Positions 21,517-30,918 of a stretch of 64,000 nt of DNA are shown here, in pieces. This DNA comes from an uncultured delta proteobacterium (GTDB taxonomy: Bacteria; Desulfobacterota; Binatia; UBA9968), in assembly GCA_963840855.1 (NCBI GenBank), contig CAWJBB010000027.1:1-64000 (forward strand), in the 5' to 3' direction. The notes below the pieces were generated by a model, which worked only from the letters and a program-made list of their open reading frames with translations, searched no databases and had not been told where the DNA came from. A program made the translations under genes and the position numbers. Each line of letters opens with the position of its first letter. Within the stretch, counting starts at the first letter, position 1.

Positions 21517-22271
21517 CTGCCCCTCTGGTCGTCGGGAATTGGAAGATGCACGGCACCCAATCCCAATGCTGCGACCTGGCGCGCCGCGTCGCGCGTGGAC
21601 TCAAGCGCAACGGGCGGCAAATCGAAGTCGCCCTGGCGCCCCCACAAACGGCTCTCGCAAAAGTCAAAACGGTGATCGCCAATAGCCGAATCCGGCTCGC
21701 CGCCCAAGACTGTCATTGGGAAGACCAGGGCGCGTTCACCGGCGAGGTCAGCGCCGCGATGCTAAAGGATGTAGGCTGCGAATTTGTCATACTCGGCCAC
21801 TCGGAGCGGCGCCATATACTAAATGAAAGCGATCTCGTCGTGGCCAAAAAGGTCCAAGCCGCGTTGCGCAACGGGCTCCGGGCCATCTTATGCGTCGGCG
21901 AAACATTGGCCGAACGCCAAACCGGCCGTACCACCGCCGTCATCACCCGCCAACTCCGCATCGCGTTGAAGGGCTTTGGGAAAAGTGCTATAGACAACAT
22001 CGAAATCGCTTACGAACCAGTGTGGGCCATCGGTACCGGACTCAACGCCACTTCAGAGCAAATTGCGCGGGTACACGGACGAATTCGGCAGTTCCTCAAG
22101 GCGTCTTTCGGAAATCGCAAGGGAAACGCCGTACGCATATTATATGGTGGGAGCGTCAAGCCGGAAAATGCCGCGGCTATTCTTCGGACGCCTGGGGTAA
22201 ACGGACTGCTGGTTGGCGGCGCAAGTTTAAAAGCTGAAACATTTTTGCCTATCGTCAACTGTTTAGGCTAA
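21513..22271 (+). CDS. tpiA: Triosephosphate isomerase
   Basis: VGNWKM, GHSERR, AYEPVWAIGTG, YGGSV, LVGGASL; ATGA overlap with the pgk stop. Confidence 0.97.
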   Translation: MTAPLVVGNWKMHGTQSQCCDLARRVARGLKRNGRQIEVALAPPQTALAKVKTVIANSRIRLAAQDCHWEDQGAFTGEVSAAMLKDVGCEFVILGHSERRHILNESDLVVAKKVQAALRNGLRAILCVGETLAERQTGRTTAVITRQLRIALKGFGKSAIDNIEIAYEPVWAIGTGLNATSEQIARVHGRIRQFLKASFGNRKGNAVRILYGGSVKPENAAAILRTPGVNGLLVGGASLKAETFLPIVNCLG

Positions 22272-22284
22272 AATTCATAAATCC

Positions 22285-22674
22285 ATGATCATCCTGATTA
22301 CAGTAATTCACGTTCTGGTTTGCATTGGCTTGATCCTGGTGGTCTTGTTGCAAACGGGTAAAGGCGCCGAAGTTGGCGCGGTGTTTGGCGGCTCGAGCGC
22401 GACGATCTTTGGCAGTAGCGGCGCCGGAAACTTTTTGAGCAGACTCACGACGGGCATGGCGATCGTGTTTATGATTACCTCATTGACCTTGGGCTATTTC
22501 GCGGGACGAAAACCGTCCGAGACGATTTTCGACAAACAGCCGGCCGCCACAGCGCCGCCGGACAGAACCGTAGCACCCAAACAGGAAGGCGTCCCCGTAC
22601 CCGCCCCACAACAAGCCCCGGCTCAGTCCGATGCTCCACAGGTCAACCCACCCGCGAAATCCCAAACCCCGTGA
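22285..22674 (+). CDS. secG: Preprotein translocase subunit SecG
   Basis: VLLQTGKGAEVGAVFGG, two TM helices; conserved tpiA-secG-tRNA-Leu order. Confidence 0.95.
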   Translation: MIILITVIHVLVCIGLILVVLLQTGKGAEVGAVFGGSSATIFGSSGAGNFLSRLTTGMAIVFMITSLTLGYFAGRKPSETIFDKQPAATAPPDRTVAPKQEGVPVPAPQQAPAQSDAPQVNPPAKSQTP

Positions 22675-22682
22675 TATGAAAT

Positions 22683-22769
22683 GCGAGGATGGCGGAATCG
22701 GCAGACGCGCTAGTTTGAGGGGCTAGTGCCAGAAATGGCGTAGGGGTTCAAATCCCCTTCCTCGCACCA
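22683..22769 (+). tRNA. tRNA-Leu(GAG)
   Basis: GCGAGGA/TCCTCGC acceptor stem plus ACCA, anticodon arm CTAGT-TTGAGGG-GCTAG, long variable arm, GGGTTCAAATCCC T-arm. Confidence 0.97.
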
Positions 22770-23086
22770 TCCCAGCCAGCTAATTTTCTCCACCCTGTGA
22801 TCGTTCTCATCAGGAAATCGTAAATGGAGTAAGGCGAGGGCGTTTTCGCCGCGCCAAAGACGGCTTCTCATGGCCTCTTGAGAGACGGCAAATACATCCA
22901 CCAGCCACCGCAAGTTGATCACTCGTGGACAAAATGAATCAGCGTTGCGCTAAGGTGACGCGCTTTGTCATTCCCAATCCTGTCACCTCACCGGAGTTTC
23001 AATTTTGGTCACTTTCGTATATCTCCAGAGGCTCCTCAGTCACCAAAATCCATTGATAACAGCGATTTAGAGATTATCGATACGTC

Positions 23087-23102
23087 TGGCATGGAGGTTG
23101 CT
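23087..23102 (+). promoter_or_regulatory. Putative sigma54 (-24/-12) promoter
   Basis: TGGCATGGAGGTTGCT fits GG-N10-GC, about 30 nt upstream of ATG 23133; IHF-like TATCAAtggaTTT on the - strand at ~23046-23058. Confidence 0.65.
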
Positions 23103-23132
23103 CCAACACGCTGTGGAAAAAGGAGAATTTCA

Positions 23133-23336
23133 ATGGAACACCAAGAAAACAGCATCAGATTGCTGACTCTTTCTGAAGTTGCCACGATCCTAAAGATTTC
23201 CAAACGGACTTTGCATAGGATGATCCAGCACCGCCAGATTCCCGCTTTCAAAGTCGGGGGTCAGTGGCGCATTCTGGAGAGTCGCTTTCAGGAGTGGATG
23301 CGGGTTGAAGAACAATCGGCGCCACGACTGGAGTAG
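23133..23336 (+). CDS. Excisionase-family helix-turn-helix DNA-binding protein (HTH_17)
   Basis: AAGGAG RBS; LLTLSEVATILKISKRTLHRMIQHRQIPAFKVGGQWRI. Confidence 0.9.
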   Translation: MEHQENSIRLLTLSEVATILKISKRTLHRMIQHRQIPAFKVGGQWRILESRFQEWMRVEEQSAPRLE

Positions 23337-23366
23337 CAAATCGCCGAAGCAAGACAGGTTGCGCTA

Positions 23367-24827
23367 TCATCTTTTAAATCCATAGGACTCCCAGTTTGTC
23401 AGTATTTTTTCTTGCAACTCCTGAGGCCAGAGGTTTTCAAACGTTGCCTTGACGGGGATCGTTTCCTGAGGCCAATCTTTTGGCCAGGTACAGTCGAAAA
23501 TTACACCCGCCGCGTCTCCCATCAGCCGCTCTTTCTGCGCCAGGAAGGGTAATAATACTGGAAAGCCCGGAATATGGGGAACCGGGTGAATTCCGTTAAC
23601 CGGATGGCACTTCGTCGTCATGGCGTGGAGCACTTCGTCCATGTTCGTCGGGTCGACGTCCGCGTCTACGATGACCATGTAGTAAACGAAAAGCCCCGGC
23701 TTGGTCGCCCATACGGCGTGGGCCACACGGCGCGCAAAGTTAATGAACGGCACTTCCGTCGAGACTACAACCATATGCCCGACGCCGAAAGGAGGGCAGA
23801 ATACTCCCTTCACCGGCAGCCCCATTTTTTTCAGTTCCGAAAAAATCTCCGCGCCTTTGATCAGCGCAGTAGCGGTCTGCCCTTCATGCACGGGCATGCC
23901 CATGTTTGAGAACGGCAGAATTGGATCGTTGCGGTAGGTGATGGCGTTCACTTTCAGGATCGGCTTCGGCGACGACTTCCCCGCCTCGTATCCCATGTAC
24001 TCCCCGAACGGCCCCTCGGTACGGCGCTCATGGGGCAACACCTCTCCTTCCAAGACGATTTCCGCGCTCGCCGGCACCATCAGGTCGTTGGTTTCACACT
24101 TCACGAGTGGAATCGGCGCTCCCTGAAGCCCGCCCGCAACATCGACCTCGTTGACGTAGGGCGGCAGCATCACGCAACTGACGATGGGAATCACGGGTTG
24201 CCCCCCGATGGCGACGGCAACGGGCATCGGTTTGTTCATCGCTTCGTATTTTTGATACATCTGGCCGATATGCTGCTGAAGCGGGAAAAGGCAGCCAAGC
24301 GTGTTGCGGTCATGCACCATCAACCGGTACATGCCCCAGTTGACCCAGTTGCTTTCGGGATCTTTGGTTATGACAGTATGCCATGTGCCGATGTAACGCC
24401 CGCCGTCTCCGCCATGTATGAGCGGGATCGGAAACTTGAGCACATCTACGTCATCGCCGAGTAGAATATTCTCCTTGCATGGACCAGTCTTGATCGTCAC
24501 GGGTGGTAGCGGTTTTTCCTTGCGTTCCAAATAACTTTGCATGATTTCCTTAGCAGAGGCGCTGGGTTTCATACCCATGGCTATAGCCGTGCGAGCGAAG
24601 AGCCCATGACCGGGCTGTCGACTCGTTCCCAACGGCGCCCCCAGCGCGCGAAACCCCTTGGGGTACCCCTTGACGGTCTCAAAAAGCGCCGCCGGCGCGC
24701 CGAGGTCGTAACAACGCCGGGTGATCGCGCCCATCTCTAGGTTCCAATCAACCTCGGTGTGGATGCGCTGCAATTCGTCGTACTCCTCCAGCAAATCAAG
24801 GTAGTCTCTTAGATCAGCAATTTGCAT
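23367..24827 (-). CDS. UbiD family (prFMN-dependent) decarboxylase
   Basis: DLRDYL, GGRYIGT, WGMYRL, AEIVLEG, EGPFGEYMGY, DADVDP. Confidence 0.92.
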   Translation of the reverse strand: MQIADLRDYLDLLEEYDELQRIHTEVDWNLEMGAITRRCYDLGAPAALFETVKGYPKGFRALGAPLGTSRQPGHGLFARTAIAMGMKPSASAKEIMQSYLERKEKPLPPVTIKTGPCKENILLGDDVDVLKFPIPLIHGGDGGRYIGTWHTVITKDPESNWVNWGMYRLMVHDRNTLGCLFPLQQHIGQMYQKYEAMNKPMPVAVAIGGQPVIPIVSCVMLPPYVNEVDVAGGLQGAPIPLVKCETNDLMVPASAEIVLEGEVLPHERRTEGPFGEYMGYEAGKSSPKPILKVNAITYRNDPILPFSNMGMPVHEGQTATALIKGAEIFSELKKMGLPVKGVFCPPFGVGHMVVVSTEVPFINFARRVAHAVWATKPGLFVYYMVIVDADVDPTNMDEVLHAMTTKCHPVNGIHPVPHIPGFPVLLPFLAQKERLMGDAAGVIFDCTWPKDWPQETIPVKATFENLWPQELQEKILTNWESYGFKR

Positions 24828-25052
24828 GGGTAATCTCCGTGAACACAAGTCTATTGGGCCAAAGTCTCGCTGCGCGACCAAAAATCGTTAATACCTTAAG
24901 TTTTATAGCAGACAGCACAGATCTAAAGCAAAACAAAATTGTCGACTCAGTAGTCTCCCATCAAAGAGGCTGTACATTTAGTTTACAAATTGCTAGACAT
25001 GCATAACTTATTGTTTTATATTCCAACTTTCCATGCTGAAAAGGAGGGGCTT

Positions 25053-25457
25053 ATGACAGAGTCATTTAGACCCGGGGGATTACCCGCAGACATTGGCGCC
25101 TATCTTGGACCAGGGACCAAGATCAACGGCAAACTGCATTTCGATGGGCCAGCAACAATCGAAGGTGAAGTGGACGGCGAAATCGTCGCTCAGGCCAACA
25201 TTACGGTGGGCCAACAAGCAACGATCAAGGGGAAAATCTCGGCGGCATCGATCCTGGTTCAGGGTAAGGTGATGGCGGACGTGCAAGCGGATAAAAAGCT
25301 CGAAATCCAGCCACCTGGTTCGGTGGTGGGCGACGTCAACATTCAGAGTCTGGTCATCGGCGACGGAGCAATCCTCGAAGGACATATCTCCATGAAAAAA
25401 ATCGAAGGCCGGGTCTTGCCGATCCGTCAGGAAATCAAAAAAGAGGGCGTATCTTAA
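25053..25457 (+). CDS. Bactofilin (polymer-forming cytoskeletal protein)
   Basis: AGGAGG RBS; YLGPGTKINGKLHFDGPATIEGEVDGEI...GAILEGHISM beta-helix. Confidence 0.9.
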   Translation: MTESFRPGGLPADIGAYLGPGTKINGKLHFDGPATIEGEVDGEIVAQANITVGQQATIKGKISAASILVQGKVMADVQADKKLEIQPPGSVVGDVNIQSLVIGDGAILEGHISMKKIEGRVLPIRQEIKKEGVS

Positions 25458-25462
25458 GCAGC

Positions 25463-27230
25463 TCAATCGACGAATAAGGAAACGATTTTCCGCTCCTTTG
25501 CGTTAACCAGCCCGCGCGCTGTGATCCTGAGCAAAGGCAGGGTAACGAAGGGCAAAAAATTCAAGGCAAAAATGGGCCTGGCAAACGGCGAGCCCATTTC
25601 CCTCAATCGATCCTGAATCCGCCTCAGCCGGGGCCCAACGCTTTGCCAAGGCTCCAGGGAAAAAATTCCGCCAATAGTAAAATCGACTTTTGTCGACGAT
25701 CGCTCCGTTGTGCGCGATGGCGATGCCACCGCCGCATTCGATCAGGGCGTTGGCGCACAGCGCCATGTCCGCGTCGTCGGCGCCAACGACCATCAGCGTA
25801 TTCTCATCCAAGTTGGTCGTCAGCCCCACGGCTCCCACGCGGGCGCCGAATCCGTGCAAAAGGCCAAAGGCGATCTTGTCACTTTTGTGGTGGCGGTCGA
25901 ACATTGCGACTTTTAACAAATCAGCACGAAGATCGGCTTCGACGAAACCCGACGCGGCATTGACTTCGACAAGTCGTTCCGTGGTGATGGTTTGATTGAT
26001 CAGGCTCATGATCCTGATCTTCGGAGCGGGCGCGGGCGCGGCGATTTTAAACGAGTCCGCAGTCGCGGCAGGCTTGAGCCGCAGGGAATGGCTCATGTCC
26101 GCCGGCCAGGTTATTGGCGCCGCATGCACCAGCGATTGGCCGCCCTCGGCCACATGCTTTGCGCCGATCCACACGTCTTTGACGGCACACTCTTCCAGGG
26201 ACTCCAAAAATATTAGATCCGCCCGGCGTCCCGGCGCGATACCGCCGATTTCTTGCTCCAGGCCCGAATAGACTGCCGAGTTGAGCGTTACCGATTGAAT
26301 CGCTTGCATGGGTGTTAATCCGAGCGCGATGGCCCGGCGCACGACGTGATCCATATGGCCGCACTCCGCCACGTCGTCCGGTGTCATGCTGTCCGTGACG
26401 AGAATCAGACGCTGAAGATTCACGCCCGACGCTACCAACTGCGGCAAAGTTTCCGCCAAATCTTGCCGCAACGATCCTTCGCGCAGCATGGTCCAATAAC
26501 CAAGCCGCAGCCGCTCGATGGCGTCCTCGAAACGAATCGGCTCATGGCATGAGGAAATCCCCACCGCGGCAACCGCGCACAATTTTTGATCCCGCGCGCC
26601 GGCGGTGTGGCCGTGAATGATCTGGCCGTTGCGATTCGCCAGTTCCAATCGCTCGAGGATTTCCCCATCGCATTGCAATAAGCGCAACCAGGAAACAACC
26701 TCTCCCATGCCGAGCACACGCGGGTCAGCGAGCGCCTCTGCTATCTCCTCGTTGGTAAAAGTCGCTGTGCTACACAAGAGCGGGTCCTGGGGCACCACCA
26801 TCGAGACCAACGTGTAAACCCGGAGCGGATGTTTCTCGACTTCGTCCAGAAAAAACTTGAGGCCACGATAACCGAAGACCGTCGATAACTCATCGCAGGA
26901 GGCGACCAGGGCGGTGGTGCCGCGGGCAACATAGGATTGAAGATGCTCGAAGGGCCGGCAATAGTGACCGATGTGAGTATGGCCGTCGATGAAGCCCGGA
27001 GAAACGTACCGCCCGGCCGCAGAAAGAATCTCCGTCCCGTCCCCGCGGGTGTGCCTCGCACTTGGGCCTACATAGCAAATACGCCCGTCGAGAACGGCGA
27101 TCTCCATCCCATCGAGAATTTCGCCGGAGTAAACATTGACGAGCTTCCCGCCAGTGATAATAAGATCCGCTTTGACCTCTCCCATGGCGCCGAGTATCAG
27201 TCGTTCCAACTGTATCTTTGTGCGACTCAT
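25463..27230 (-). CDS. ade: Adenine deaminase family protein; frameshift near 25685
   Basis: PGFIDGHTH, GTT, MGEV, HGH, CHE, LREGS, VTD, GHMD, IAPGRRAD; C-terminus (PFVTLPLLRITARGL) lies in ORF 25463-25729. Confidence 0.85.
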
Positions 27231-27355
27231 GGTACGCTAACTAACATGGTGCATTTCAGTTTACCAAAGGAACGTGACTATTTGATCCATCAGTCGCGCG
27301 CATATTTGACTTCAGACTCATTCGCCACATATTGTCGCGCTTAAGGAGAAAAAGC

Positions 27356-28273
27356 ATGATCATCGACTGTCACGCGCATTTAGTGCCGCAGAGCTGGTAC
27401 CACCCGAAGTCGCCGAAGTCGATTTTTGATTTGCCGGGTCTGTTCGAGGAGCAGGACAAGGCCGGGGTGGACGTCACCGTCTTCGGCAACAACTGGATTC
27501 GCTCGCCGGACGGCTACGATCCGTTGAAGGTTGTGCGCGAGTTCAACGAGCATGCCGCCGAGTTGACGGCCAAGCATCCCAAGCGTTTGCTCGGCCTGGC
27601 TTGCTCGGTGCCGTTCGACAGCGGGCAGATTCTTAAGGAAACCGAAAAGGCCATCCGCGACTACAAGCTCAAGGGCATCATGATCAACTCGAGCACCAAC
27701 GGCGAGTATCTCGACTCGCCGCGGGCAACGCCGTTCTTCGAGCTGGTGAGCGACCTCAACGTTCCGGTGTTCGTTCACCCTCCCAAGTTCACCATCGGCA
27801 ACGAGAAGATGGAAATATTCCGCCTGCCGGAGATGCTCGGCCGGCCTTTCGACACGACGCTCTCGCTGACCCGCTTTATCTTTACCGGCGGCTTCGAACG
27901 ATTTCCGAAATTAAGAATGGTCTGCGCCCATGTCGGCGGCGCGCTGTCCATGCTGCCGGGACGTTACGGCTTCGGCTACGAACTCAGAAAGGATGACAGC
28001 TTCGGTCCCTGGGAGCCGGATGTCATGACCCGCCCGCCGGCGTCTTACATGAAACAACTTTATTTCGACACCGTCTGCTATCATCCACCGGCGGTGCAAT
28101 GCGCCATCGACACCATTGGCGTCGACCAGGTCGTTTTCGGCAGCGACTCACCACCGGTGCCGATTCCACTGGTGCGGGCCGTGAATACGGTGAAACAATT
28201 GAAAATTTCCGATGGAGACAAACAAAAGATCTTCGGCGCCAACGCAGCGAAACTACTCGGCTTGGCTGGATAA
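27356..28273 (+). CDS. Amidohydrolase_2 family protein (ACMSD-like decarboxylase/hydratase)
   Basis: IIDCHAH, VFVHP, AHVGG, YFDT, FGSD, GANA. Confidence 0.9.
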   Translation: MIIDCHAHLVPQSWYHPKSPKSIFDLPGLFEEQDKAGVDVTVFGNNWIRSPDGYDPLKVVREFNEHAAELTAKHPKRLLGLACSVPFDSGQILKETEKAIRDYKLKGIMINSSTNGEYLDSPRATPFFELVSDLNVPVFVHPPKFTIGNEKMEIFRLPEMLGRPFDTTLSLTRFIFTGGFERFPKLRMVCAHVGGALSMLPGRYGFGYELRKDDSFGPWEPDVMTRPPASYMKQLYFDTVCYHPPAVQCAIDTIGVDQVVFGSDSPPVPIPLVRAVNTVKQLKISDGDKQKIFGANAAKLLGLAG

Positions 28274-28285
28274 ACACTAAGAATG

Positions 28286-28362
28286 CTTGACTAGCTCGGC
28301 ACGAACGGAATTCGGATTTGACAAAGAACCTCCCTTCCGTTCACCCTGAGCGCGCCGAAGGG
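28286..28362. repeat. REP-like imperfect inverted repeat
   Basis: gctcggcacgaacggaa ... ttccgttcaccctgagc arms followed by cgaaggg. Confidence 0.55.
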
Positions 28363-28401
28363 TCATGTACGGCTAGGACGGTTAACTAAGGAAAATAAAT
28401 C

Positions 28402-29178
28402 ATGGCAAAACAACTCAATCCGGGGGACTTGTTTCCAAACCTCAGGGTCCCCATCTCGGATGGCCGGACGATGAACATCCCCGCCGATCTCAAAGGCGAT
28501 TACGCGGTCATCATCTTCTACCGCGGAGTCTGGTGACCCTATTGCGTCCGGCAGTTAGCCGACTACCAAGCGCAAATCGTCGAGTTCAAAAAAGAAAATG
28601 TCGACGTCATTGCCCTGTCCGTCGACCCCCTCGACAAAGCCAAAGAGATGGTTGAGAAGTCCGGCGCGGCCTTCCCCATCGGCTACGGATTGAAAGTGCC
28701 AGAGGACGCGGACAAGGTCGGCGCTTACTGGGAAGAACGCCGCGGTATCGTCCACGCCACCGGCTTTATCATCGACTCGGATAAAAAAGTGATGCAAGCC
28801 TGTTTTGCAACGGGTCCCATCGGCCGCATCGCCGCCGAAGATGCCCTGCGCTCGATTCAAGGGGCGAAGAAAGCGGAAAACCCAGGGAGGTTAAAACCCC
28901 GCGCCCAGCACTTCGCTGAGAATAGCCACGGCCCGATCGCAATCGGCGCGGCTCACGTCACGATGGGTGACCAGACGAACGCGCGCGGCGTCGATGGCGC
29001 CGCTGAGCACGCCCCGCCGCCCAAGTCTGTCGACCAGTACCGCAGGGCTCAAGGCGGTCTTGCTCACGTCGAACATGATGATATTGGTTTGAACCTTCGC
29101 CGGGTCGATCCGGACGCCCGGAATTTTGGCCAACCCACGGGCAAGTATCTGGGCATTCTCATGATCGGCGGACAATAG
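28402..29178 (+). CDS. Peroxiredoxin-like AhpC/TSA redoxin, selenoprotein (Sec45, UxxC); 3' end uncertain, probably ~28890
   Basis: MAKQLNPGDLFPNL...IIFYRGVW-TGA(28534)-PYCVRQL continues in frame into ORF 28648-29178; AAGGA RBS; SECIS-like hairpin after the TGA. Confidence 0.85.
28546..28563 (+). promoter_or_regulatory. Putative bacterial SECIS hairpin
   Basis: GT(C)CGGC-AGTTA-GCCGAC; loop starts 16 nt after the TGA, G in second loop position. Confidence 0.6.
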
Positions 29179-29937
29179 CTTAGGTCCTTCTTCCAGCGCG
29201 ACGATTCCCGCCGCCGCTAGCACGCCGACCTGGCGCATGCCACCGCCGAGCAGCTTGCGAACGGCGCGGCAGCGCTCGATGAATTCGCGCTTGCCCACGA
29301 TCATCGAACCCACTGGGGCACCCAAGCCTTTGCTAAGACAGAATTGCACTGAATCGAACTTGTGCGTTATCTCGGCCACCGTCTGGCCCAGATGCGCCGC
29401 GGCGTTGAAAATCCGGGCGCCATCGAGGTGAACTCTCAGCCCGGCTTCGTGGGCACGGTCGCATATTTCCTCGGCGACAGCGGTTGGATAAACCGTGCCG
29501 CCGGCCATGTTGTGGGTATTCTCCAACGCGACGAGCGCGCTTTGCGGACGATAGTACGCCTTTTCGCGAATGGCGGGAGCTATTTGCTCCCAGCTCATGA
29601 TCCCGTCTTCGGTAGTAATCAAGCGGGGCAACACTCCGCCCAGGGCCGACATCGAAGCCATCTCGTAGTTGTAGACATGCCCCGCCGCTTCGCAGATCAC
29701 TTCCTGTCCGCGCTGAGTTTGCGCCATGATGCAAGCGAGATTACCCATGGAGCCCGACGGCACAAACAATCCCGCTTCGCGGCCAAAGATTTCCGCGGCT
29801 CGGTCTTGCAACCGATTGACGGTCGGATCTTCGAGGTAAACATCGTCGCCGACCTCCGCCTCCGCCATCGCGCGCCGCATAGCCGGCGAAGGCTTGGTCA
29901 CAGTATCGCTGCGAAGGTCGATAATTTTATCGGGCAT
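28891..29937 (-). CDS. ltaE: Low-specificity L-threonine aldolase
   Basis: DLRSDTVT, VGDDVY.EDPT, ENTHN, HLDGARIFNA, CLSKGLGAPVGS, GGGMRQ. Confidence 0.95.
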   Translation of the reverse strand: MPDKIIDLRSDTVTKPSPAMRRAMAEAEVGDDVYLEDPTVNRLQDRAAEIFGREAGLFVPSGSMGNLACIMAQTQRGQEVICEAAGHVYNYEMASMSALGGVLPRLITTEDGIMSWEQIAPAIREKAYYRPQSALVALENTHNMAGGTVYPTAVAEEICDRAHEAGLRVHLDGARIFNAAAHLGQTVAEITHKFDSVQFCLSKGLGAPVGSMIVGKREFIERCRAVRKLLGGGMRQVGVLAAAGIVALEEGPKLLSADHENAQILARGLAKIPGVRIDPAKVQTNIIMFDVSKTALSPAVLVDRLGRRGVLSGAIDAARVRLVTHRDVSRADCDRAVAILSEVLGAGF

Positions 29938-29958
29938 GGTCGCTTTCACGCGGCTTTC

Positions 29959-29986
29959 TTGAACCCTTAAATGTTGAACCTTGAAC
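29959..29986. repeat. Short TTGAAC heptamer array
   Basis: ttgaacc c ttaaatg ttgaacc ttgaac between the CADD-like gene and ltaE. Confidence 0.6.
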
Positions 29987-29988
29987 AA

Positions 29989-30741
29989 TCATTCCATCCG
30001 CTCTTCTATCTCCCGAATCGTCTCCGCCGGCAACTGCGGCCGAACGAAGGCATTATAGATGCAATCGTTTTGCAGCCACATGATGTCCGCTCGTTGTCTC
30101 ACCGCTTCGCGCATTTCATGTTGCAGTTTCTCTTCCATGCAGTGTTGTTTGATGACGTCAATTACCATATTGCCGTGGCCTTCGTCGTGGTATTCGTGGG
30201 CGCGGAAGAAATCCAAACAAGGTTGGGGAATCCACGGGTAATATTTTTCCAAGGCCTCGCGCTCTTCTTTCATCCGCTTTGGTCCGCCTCCCTCAAAAAC
30301 CAATCCGGTGCCGATGGCCACTGCCCAATGGCTTTGTTGAACCAGCGACACATACATTTCCAGCGCGGCGCGTATTCCCGGCAGCGGTTCGTAGTTTAGA
30401 ATATCTTCCCGGGCAATGCCGAGACCTTCGGCGAACTGCACCCAGAGTTCGGGGTGACTGGGATATTTTCCGCCAAACAGGTCCTCGCCCTCTTCTTCCA
30501 CCATGTTTTCAAGCAGCATTCTGCGTAACTCAGGGATCGGACATTTCTGATAACGCACGCCAAAAAAACGATGGATATTGCGAAACTCGTGAAACTGGTT
30601 GCGCGCCCACCCTTGGAGTTGCTCCTTGGTCAGCCGGCCGCTAAGCAATAGCTGGCGAACGGGATGCGGCCTAGGATGGCGCTGGCGCAGAGTCTCTTGG
30701 AGATTGTCGATTAGTGCTTCCGGCCCGAGCAACCTATCCAT
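29989..30741 (-). CDS. PqqC/CADD-like heme-oxygenase-fold diiron oxidase
   Basis: GRLTKEQLQGWA, LLENMVEEEG...HPELW, FE, FFRAHEYHDEGH (diiron ligand pattern). Confidence 0.82.
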   Translation of the reverse strand: MDRLLGPEALIDNLQETLRQRHPRPHPVRQLLLSGRLTKEQLQGWARNQFHEFRNIHRFFGVRYQKCPIPELRRMLLENMVEEEGEDLFGGKYPSHPELWVQFAEGLGIAREDILNYEPLPGIRAALEMYVSLVQQSHWAVAIGTGLVFEGGGPKRMKEEREALEKYYPWIPQPCLDFFRAHEYHDEGHGNMVIDVIKQHCMEEKLQHEMREAVRQRADIMWLQNDCIYNAFVRPQLPAETIREIEERME

Positions 30742-30753
30742 TGCCCACCTCCA

Positions 30754-30810
30754 CAGTAAGTGAAGAGTTCAAAACGTTTTGAACGACTCGAACGACTTGA
30801 ACTCTTACTG
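30754..30810. repeat. Palindromic 9-bp-period GTTCAA/TTGAAC element
   Basis: aagagttcaa ... tgaacgac tcgaacgac ttgaactctt, inverted arms. Confidence 0.7.
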
Positions 30811-30918
30811 AGAATTTCATTGACGCTGTTATCATAGCCAAGAACGCCGTTCTTGACTAGCCTCGATGCGCGAAAATTCAGATTGTCTTTTAACCCGTGC
30901 TTTACTAGCATACCGCCT

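Noticed and set aside
22683-23336. Prophage or integrative element at tRNA-Leu
   Set aside because: No integrase, phage genes or att duplication were seen
28890-29178. Real C-terminal extension of the redoxin overlapping ltaE
   Set aside because: The domain ends near 28870; the extension is antisense to ltaE and probably reflects a lost stop or an indel
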